Positions 58,198 to 64,000 of a stretch of DNA of 64,000 nucleotides are shown here, in pieces. The notes beneath the pieces were generated by a model. That model saw only the letters and a program-made list of their open reading frames with translations, did no database searches and was not told where the DNA came from. The position numbers were made by a program, and so were the translations under genes. How positions within the stretch are numbered: the first letter of the stretch is position 1; every line of letters starts with the position of its first letter. The DNA comes from Candidatus Binatia bacterium. GTDB lineage: Bacteria; Desulfobacterota; Binatia; Bin18. The DNA lies in the NCBI GenBank assembly GCA_963664395.2, contig OY761159.2:2816001-2880000 (forward strand). The letters are read 5' to 3'.

Positions 58198-59543
58198 GCT
58201 TCCTCTTCTGCCAGGGGGACGGAGGGGGCAGGCGTGACATCTGGCAATTTTTCTATTTTGACCTGGGCGACATGATGATTATCGGTTTTGAGGACGGTCA
58301 TGCGAAGAGTATCGTACTCAAATATCTCGTTGACCTCAGGGATGCGCCCGAGCCACTTGTTGATGAATCCACCCACGCTGGTGTAGTCGTTCCCCTCGGG
58401 CAGCTTAAATTCATTAATGTGATCGTTGACATCGGAAATAGAAAGGGCCGCGTTGATGATGTAGGTCTGATCGGAGACTTTTTCAATATCGTGATTTTCG
58501 CTATCGTGCTCGTCTTGAATTTCTCCAACCAGCTCCTCAAGAACGTCTTCCATGGTGACGAGGCCGGCCGTGCTGCCGAACTCATCCACAACGATTGCAA
58601 GATGTACCTTGCGGCGTTGAAACTCCCGCAGCAGATCATCGATTGGCTTCGTCTCCGGCACAAAGAACGCGGGCCGGAGGAGGTCGCGCAGAATGATCAG
58701 ATCACGATGTTCCATTAAGGTAATGAGATCTTTTGCATGCACAACGCCAATAATATTGTCGAGTGAATCTTCATACACCGGTATCCGGCTATAGCCGCCT
58801 TCCACCAGGAGATTGACCAAGGCACTGCGGGAGGAGGTGACCTCAATTGCTGCAATATTGGTCCGGGGAACCATGATTTCCCGTACAGTGGTCTCCCCAA
58901 ACTCAAAGACGTTCTCAATGAGTTCGTGCTCCTCTTCCTCGATAGTGCCGCCCTCGCGCCCCTGCTCAAGCAGGAAGCGCAGCTCTTCACCCGAGTGGTA
59001 GTGCTCCGCCTCGCTCGCCGGCCTGATGCCAAACAGCCGCAGCACCTGATTGGAGACCCAGTTCAGGGCCACAATCGCCGGCGAAAAGATCAGATAAAAA
59101 AACCACAACGGAAAGGCGATGGCCAGCGTTGTTGATTGGGAGTGCTGAATGGCGATCGATTTGGGGGCCAGTTCGCCAAAGACAATATGAAGAAATGTGA
59201 TCAGGATAAAGGCCACCGGCAGGGCGATACGATGCGCCAACTCCGGGTCGGCTTCCACGCCAACCAGGTGCATGATCTCAATAATGAGTTTGGCGACAAC
59301 CGGCTCGCCGATCCAGCCCAAGCCCAGAGAAGCCAGGGTAATGCCGAGTTGGGTCGCCGACAGGTAGGCATCCAGGTGAGAGATGAGATGCTGGCCCATC
59401 TTGGCCGTTCGGCTGCCGGACTGAACCAGGAGTTCGATCTGGGACGCACGAACCTTGACGATTGCAAACTCTGCCGCGACAAAAAAGGCGTTGGCCAGGA
59501 CCAGCAGGAGTGTGATCAGTAGACCGAGGGCGGGACTCTCCAT
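58194..59543 (-). CDS. HlyC/CorC (CNNM-CBS) transporter
   Basis: NAFFVAAEFA, QLGIT, GELAPK, MVPR, VVDEFG. Confidence 0.95.
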   Translation of the reverse strand: MESPALGLLITLLLVLANAFFVAAEFAIVKVRASQIELLVQSGSRTAKMGQHLISHLDAYLSATQLGITLASLGLGWIGEPVVAKLIIEIMHLVGVEADPELAHRIALPVAFILITFLHIVFGELAPKSIAIQHSQSTTLAIAFPLWFFYLIFSPAIVALNWVSNQVLRLFGIRPASEAEHYHSGEELRFLLEQGREGGTIEEEEHELIENVFEFGETTVREIMVPRTNIAAIEVTSSRSALVNLLVEGGYSRIPVYEDSLDNIIGVVHAKDLITLMEHRDLIILRDLLRPAFFVPETKPIDDLLREFQRRKVHLAIVVDEFGSTAGLVTMEDVLEELVGEIQDEHDSENHDIEKVSDQTYIINAALSISDVNDHINEFKLPEGNDYTSVGGFINKWLGRIPEVNEIFEYDTLRMTVLKTDNHHVAQVKIEKLPDVTPAPSVPLAEEEA

Positions 59544-59684
59544 GCGTGTGCTTCATACCTCCCGGCTGGCTGGGGGAAGCCGCAGTTGAGTCTCAGACCA
59601 CGGGCCATCAGATGGAGGGTCGTCCATACACGAGAGAGCATAATACGAGTCGGCCCTGTATTGCAAGTAGGAATCGGCCCGGCT

Positions 59685-61730
59685 TCAGTGCGCCGCTACA
59701 TTTTTACTGAGAAAGCGCTGAATCTCGGTGGCGGACAGCGTGACCCAGCGCTCGGCCACGCTCACGGCGGCTTGCACTGAAAAACGCTCACTCTCCCCCA
59801 CTATTTCACGCGTGACCGCATAACGCCGGACGTGGCTCTGGAGTTGAAGGCTGGTCCCCTCTTCCATCCACGCCGAGCGATGCAGGAGAAGAGGCGGCGT
59901 GGGTAAGGAAGCGATGACGTCACGGAGCAGGGGGTCATCGCCGTCAATAACAAAATGACAGCTGGCTCCGACCGCTAGACATAACACGTGCATTTCGTCC
60001 TGGAGCGTTTGGAGCACCTCAACATCGGTACTATAGCTCGGGGTCAACGTCGTCAGGATAGCAATATCCGGGGTGACAGTCCGGACAAGTTGCTGCATAT
60101 CACCCTGATGGCGGGTGCCGAATTCGAGGACGAGTACGTCTATCGCTTCGGTGTTGAAGAGCGCAGTCCATACCGCCCGCGCGAAACTGCGCGCGAGGTC
60201 CCACCCGCGGACTGAATCCAATTCGATGTTGAGGATGGCCAGGGGCAGGCCAATATCGGTATTATAGGAACGGGGATTGGGTTGTACCCGGTACCGCTGG
60301 GCCAATAGCTCGGTCACAATGCGCTTGATAACCGTCTTTCCGTGGCTGCCGGCAATGGCAATAACACGGGGATTCTTCCGCCACAGAATAATACGGGCGA
60401 GGACTTGCAATATCCGGACGGCGAAGCGACGGAGACGGTGGTGTGAAAAGAGGTCGAGAGAGAGACGTGGGGTGGACGGGACGCGCGATGGCGAGGGTCG
60501 AGTCGCTTGGCGCTGACGAGTATGAGCGCGCCGCGACGCTGCCGGACTGAAGTAATCGGTGAGACGCTCGAAGGCGGTTGTAATGGCGTCCGACTCGCGT
60601 CCAAAGTTCAGACGGATATGGGCTTCTCCGCTGGGCCCAAAGGCACTGCCGGGGACAACCGCCACTTTTGCCTTTTCCAGAATATCGTAGGCGAGGGCGT
60701 ACGAATCGCGGGCATGGACAACCACGTCTTTGATCCGGGGAAAGACAAAATAGGCCCCTTCCGGTTTTTGGTAGTCAAACACATGTGAGAGCTGATCGAG
60801 ATAGGTGAGCATCAGGTCCCGGCGTTGCTTAAATGCCTGCCGAAAGGCCGCAATATGGTCTTGCCCATATTCGAGCGCAGCTAAGGCTGCATACTGCGAC
60901 ACGACCGGCGCGCAGGTCACAAGGGCATCGTGCACTTTGAGAATTTCTTGGACATTCCTTGCATCGGAGTGGAGATAGCCGACGCGCCAGCCCGTCATCC
61001 CATAGGCTTTGGAGAAGGTGAAAATCCGCACAATGCGACGGCGGACAGCAGCGACCTGCGCCGGACTGAAATATGCCTCTGGAGTGTAGACAAAGTCTTT
61101 GTAGGCTTCATCAATAATAAGAAAGAGATCGTGCCGTTCGGCCAGAGCAATGAGGGCGCGCGTTTCCGTTTCTGAGAAGACCGTACCGGTTGGATTGTTC
61201 GGATTACAGTATAGGATCGCTCGCGTGTGTGGAGACAGACAGTCCTCAAACGCCTCTTCGTTAAAGGCAAAATTCTGCTCCTCGTGTAACGGGGCAAACC
61301 GCGGGGTACACCCGGCGATGCGGACGACCTCCTGGTACGAGGCGTAGCTGGGAGAGGGAAGAATGATCTCATCCCCCGGCTGAGTGAGGGCCAGCAGCGT
61401 AGCGGCAATCGCCTCAATCGAGCCGCAGGAAACAATAATCTCCTGGTCCGGGTCGTAGTGCATGGCCTCTTGCAGTAGCGACTCGGCAATACATTCACGC
61501 AGTTGGGGCAAGCCTGGGGTAAGCGAGTATTTGGCACACTCGCCCTCGGCGATCTTTTGCTGGACAAAGGATTTAATCGGTTCGGGCGTATCAAAGCTCG
61601 GGATACCCTGGGCCAGAGAGATCACGTCCGGAACCCGGCTGGCCGCCAGCTCTATTGCCTTAATAGGCGACAGCTTCACGTTGGCCGTGCGCGCAAATGC
61701 TCGTTTTTGCCCCCCGCCTCCGCGAGCCAC
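59685..61730 (-). CDS. Class I/II PLP aminotransferase fused to a Mur-ligase ATP-binding domain
   Basis: NPNNPTG, DEAY, SKAYGMTGWRVG; then IAGSHGKT, SYNTDIGLPL, VLEFG, PDIAILT. Confidence 0.85.
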   Translation of the reverse strand: MARGGGGQKRAFARTANVKLSPIKAIELAASRVPDVISLAQGIPSFDTPEPIKSFVQQKIAEGECAKYSLTPGLPQLRECIAESLLQEAMHYDPDQEIIVSCGSIEAIAATLLALTQPGDEIILPSPSYASYQEVVRIAGCTPRFAPLHEEQNFAFNEEAFEDCLSPHTRAILYCNPNNPTGTVFSETETRALIALAERHDLFLIIDEAYKDFVYTPEAYFSPAQVAAVRRRIVRIFTFSKAYGMTGWRVGYLHSDARNVQEILKVHDALVTCAPVVSQYAALAALEYGQDHIAAFRQAFKQRRDLMLTYLDQLSHVFDYQKPEGAYFVFPRIKDVVVHARDSYALAYDILEKAKVAVVPGSAFGPSGEAHIRLNFGRESDAITTAFERLTDYFSPAASRRAHTRQRQATRPSPSRVPSTPRLSLDLFSHHRLRRFAVRILQVLARIILWRKNPRVIAIAGSHGKTVIKRIVTELLAQRYRVQPNPRSYNTDIGLPLAILNIELDSVRGWDLARSFARAVWTALFNTEAIDVLVLEFGTRHQGDMQQLVRTVTPDIAILTTLTPSYSTDVEVLQTLQDEMHVLCLAVGASCHFVIDGDDPLLRDVIASLPTPPLLLHRSAWMEEGTSLQLQSHVRRYAVTREIVGESERFSVQAAVSVAERWVTLSATEIQRFLSKNVAAH

Positions 61731-61909
61731 AATCAGTCTTTTCCTTTCAGCCCGTTGTCAGCGGTACGGTATCCAGGCTCTCGGGGCTTTGCAATGGAGT
61801 GGAGAGTTAGGATATATCCCGGACAGGAGTTGTTACTCAGTGACGCGTCGAAGGTCGCAAGTCAGGACCTTCGACTTTCAGATTTTTCGACTTCACAGGA
61901 GGGGATCAT

Positions 61910-62593
61910 ATGAGCGAGCGCTTTTTTTCTGAAGAAGAGATTCGTGAAATGGGCAAACGCACCGTGGACCGTTTAACGGAAGCCATTGACGCCGGGGATG
62001 CCGAGCAGGCCAAGAAAATTGCGAACCGCATGTATAATGAATTCCTCGGGATGCACGACCTGTACCGCAACTGGACAACCGCGACGCTGAGCGAGGTTGG
62101 CAAACGCTTTGGTGATGAAGTTCTGGAAGAGATTATGACAGCAGGCGTCAAAGCCTGGTGGCTGCCGAATCTGGAAAAAATGCCGCAGGACCCCCAAGAG
62201 CTGCCCCGGAAGATCAAGATGTTTGTGGCTGGTCTGCGGGGTCATCTCCAGCCCATGCATATTGAAGAAGATGAGGACAAGGTCGTCATTCAGATGCGGC
62301 CCTGCGGCAGTGGGGGACGCATGGTCCTCGAAGGTAAATACGAGGGACCCGACGCATTTCATACCGTGGAAAAGCCGCAACGGATGACCTATAACCGCGC
62401 AAACTTTCCCGTGTACTGTGCGCACGAACCACCGATGGAACTGGTCGACATCGAAAAAAACGGCAAACCTTTTGTCGTGGTCGAGCCGGCGGCCGTCCTC
62501 GGAAAAGAGCACTGCTCCTTTATTATTTATAAAGACCCGGACAAAATCCCGGAGAAATATTACGAACGGCTCGGCCTCAAGAAACCGGAATAG
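61910..62593 (+). CDS. Hypothetical protein with Cys/His motifs
   Basis: AGGAGG RBS; MHD, LRGH, PCGSGG, YCAH, HCSF. Confidence 0.8.
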   Translation: MSERFFSEEEIREMGKRTVDRLTEAIDAGDAEQAKKIANRMYNEFLGMHDLYRNWTTATLSEVGKRFGDEVLEEIMTAGVKAWWLPNLEKMPQDPQELPRKIKMFVAGLRGHLQPMHIEEDEDKVVIQMRPCGSGGRMVLEGKYEGPDAFHTVEKPQRMTYNRANFPVYCAHEPPMELVDIEKNGKPFVVVEPAAVLGKEHCSFIIYKDPDKIPEKYYERLGLKKPE

Positions 62594-62613
62594 GCCGGTT
62601 GTGAGGAGACGTC

Positions 62614-63807
62614 ATGCTCGCTGCTGGAGTCGGTCTCTCAAAACAACAGGATACTGAACAGGCCACGCGTGAAGCAGCCCAGGCTGCGTTGCGCCAAGCG
62701 GGTGGCGATAGCGCTGACTTTGCCTTGGTCTTTGCAACCGCCCAGCATGGAGCTGCGTACGGGCGCGTCCTGCGCACTGTACGAGCCGAATTGCAAACGA
62801 GTCAGGTGGTTGGCTGTAGTGCCGCTGGAGTGCTGACAGCGGGTGGAGAAGTGGAACGAGCGCCGGGTGTTGCGGTGTTGGCCGTGAAGTCTGACACGCT
62901 GTCCGCCCATCGCTTCTTTGTCCCCCAACTGCGCCGCCGGGCGCGTACAGCCGGCCAGGATGTCGTTTCCAGCGTCACTCCCCACCTGGGTCCGGAAAAT
63001 CTCGCGCTTGTCTTCCCCGATACGTATAATTTTGACTCACAGGCTTTCTTTGACGGGATAGCCGAGGGGGGACTCTCGGATGTTCCTTTTGTTGGAGGTG
63101 GGGCGTCTGAGGACGGGAGCATTGGTGAGACGTTCCAGTTGTGTGGAGACACGGTCAGTAATGATGCAATAAGTGGTGCACTGCTGAGTGGTCAGTTCAC
63201 CTATACTATTGGCATCACCCAAGCCTGCCAACCGGTGAGTCCCGTGTATCGGGTCACGAAGGCCCACAACAATCTCATTCTTGAGCTTGACGGCCGGCCA
63301 GCGTTTGAGGTCTTTGCCGAACGCGTGAGCCCCCAACTCCGGGAGGACCTGCGCCGTGCCGCGGCATTTATCTTTGCCGGCTTGCCAGTTGACGCCGAAC
63401 GCCAGCATATCGCCCCTGGCGAATATGTCGTTCGTAACCTCGTGGGCTTTGATCCGGAGCGCGGGATTATTGCGGTAGCGGGCGAGATTGTCGAAGGCCA
63501 GAAGCTGGTTTTCACCTTACGCGACGGGAATGGCGCGCGGACGGACCTGAAACGTGAGCTGGAAGCGCAGGACCGGAGTTGGCAGCACAGCCGCCCGGCG
63601 TTTGGTCTCTATTTCAACTGTGTCGGACGTGGAAGCGGGCTGTACGGGATTCCCGATATCGACTCTTCCTATCTCAGCCAATACCTGGCCGATGTCCCGA
63701 TTATCGGGTTTTTTACCGGCTGTGAGATTGCACCTATTCAGCGCCAGGCCATCGTCCACCAGTATTCCGGCGTCCTGGTCCTCGTTGGCGAGAAGCCGCT
63801 GCACTAA
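62614..63807 (+). CDS. FIST N/C domain protein
   Basis: GCSAAGV, GGGAS, QACQP, FNCVGRG, GFFTGCEI. Confidence 0.9.
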   Translation: MLAAGVGLSKQQDTEQATREAAQAALRQAGGDSADFALVFATAQHGAAYGRVLRTVRAELQTSQVVGCSAAGVLTAGGEVERAPGVAVLAVKSDTLSAHRFFVPQLRRRARTAGQDVVSSVTPHLGPENLALVFPDTYNFDSQAFFDGIAEGGLSDVPFVGGGASEDGSIGETFQLCGDTVSNDAISGALLSGQFTYTIGITQACQPVSPVYRVTKAHNNLILELDGRPAFEVFAERVSPQLREDLRRAAAFIFAGLPVDAERQHIAPGEYVVRNLVGFDPERGIIAVAGEIVEGQKLVFTLRDGNGARTDLKRELEAQDRSWQHSRPAFGLYFNCVGRGSGLYGIPDIDSSYLSQYLADVPIIGFFTGCEIAPIQRQAIVHQYSGVLVLVGEKPLH

Positions 63808-63819
63808 GACAATCTGGGC

Positions 63820-63999
63820 TCAAAACGGGAACAAATTCCCGAAAAATCCCTCGTCGTCATCGCTTGAGACGCCCTGCTCGTCGTCATTGCCCAGAAAGCT
63901 CTTGAACGGATTATACTTCGAGAGCAGCCCCGGCTTGGTAATGGTTTCTCCCGCCCCAGGTTCGGTGTCACGGGCGCGGCCATAGGCTGGCGTCGCGGT
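63820..63999 (-). CDS. 3' end of an unidentified gene entering from outside the window
   Basis: Open frame TATPAYGRARD...DDEGFFGNLFPF*. Confidence 0.5.
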   Translation of the reverse strand, partial: TATPAYGRARDTEPGAGETITKPGLLSKYNPFKSFLGNDDEQGVSSDDDEGFFGNLFPF

Positions 64000-64000
64000 C

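Overview
Chromosomal window of a GC-rich bacterium. The gene repertoire suggests a delta-proteobacterial or Binatia-like, possibly host-associated lineage (inference only). The backbone carries thiSGE, purHD, a mobA-moaD fusion with an aldehyde:ferredoxin oxidoreductase, a two-subunit NAD-linked formate dehydrogenase, a complete moxR/DUF58/batA-E operon, lipid and aromatic catabolism genes, amgK-murU, rlpA and others. There are two accessory zones. (1) About 1.6-5.1 kb, downstream of tRNA-Thr(CGT): a dense mosaic of short gene fragments (radC, MATE, ankyrin, hsdS, Phd, LuxR tail) plus a single type I-E-like CRISPR repeat, with no integrase. (2) About 15.4-22.8 kb, a defence-island-like zone. 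It holds a non-autonomous IS1595-family element (23-bp perfect TIRs, inserted into a REP hairpin) carrying a DNA methyltransferase-HNH fusion. Next to it is a stand-alone three-gene cassette: an unknown protein, a Walker-degenerate BrxD/DUF2791-like paralog and an intact BrxD/DUF2791-like ATPase, preceded by a perfect 16-bp palindrome. This cassette is my best candidate for an undescribed system. All family calls come from motif recognition by eye; no searches were run.
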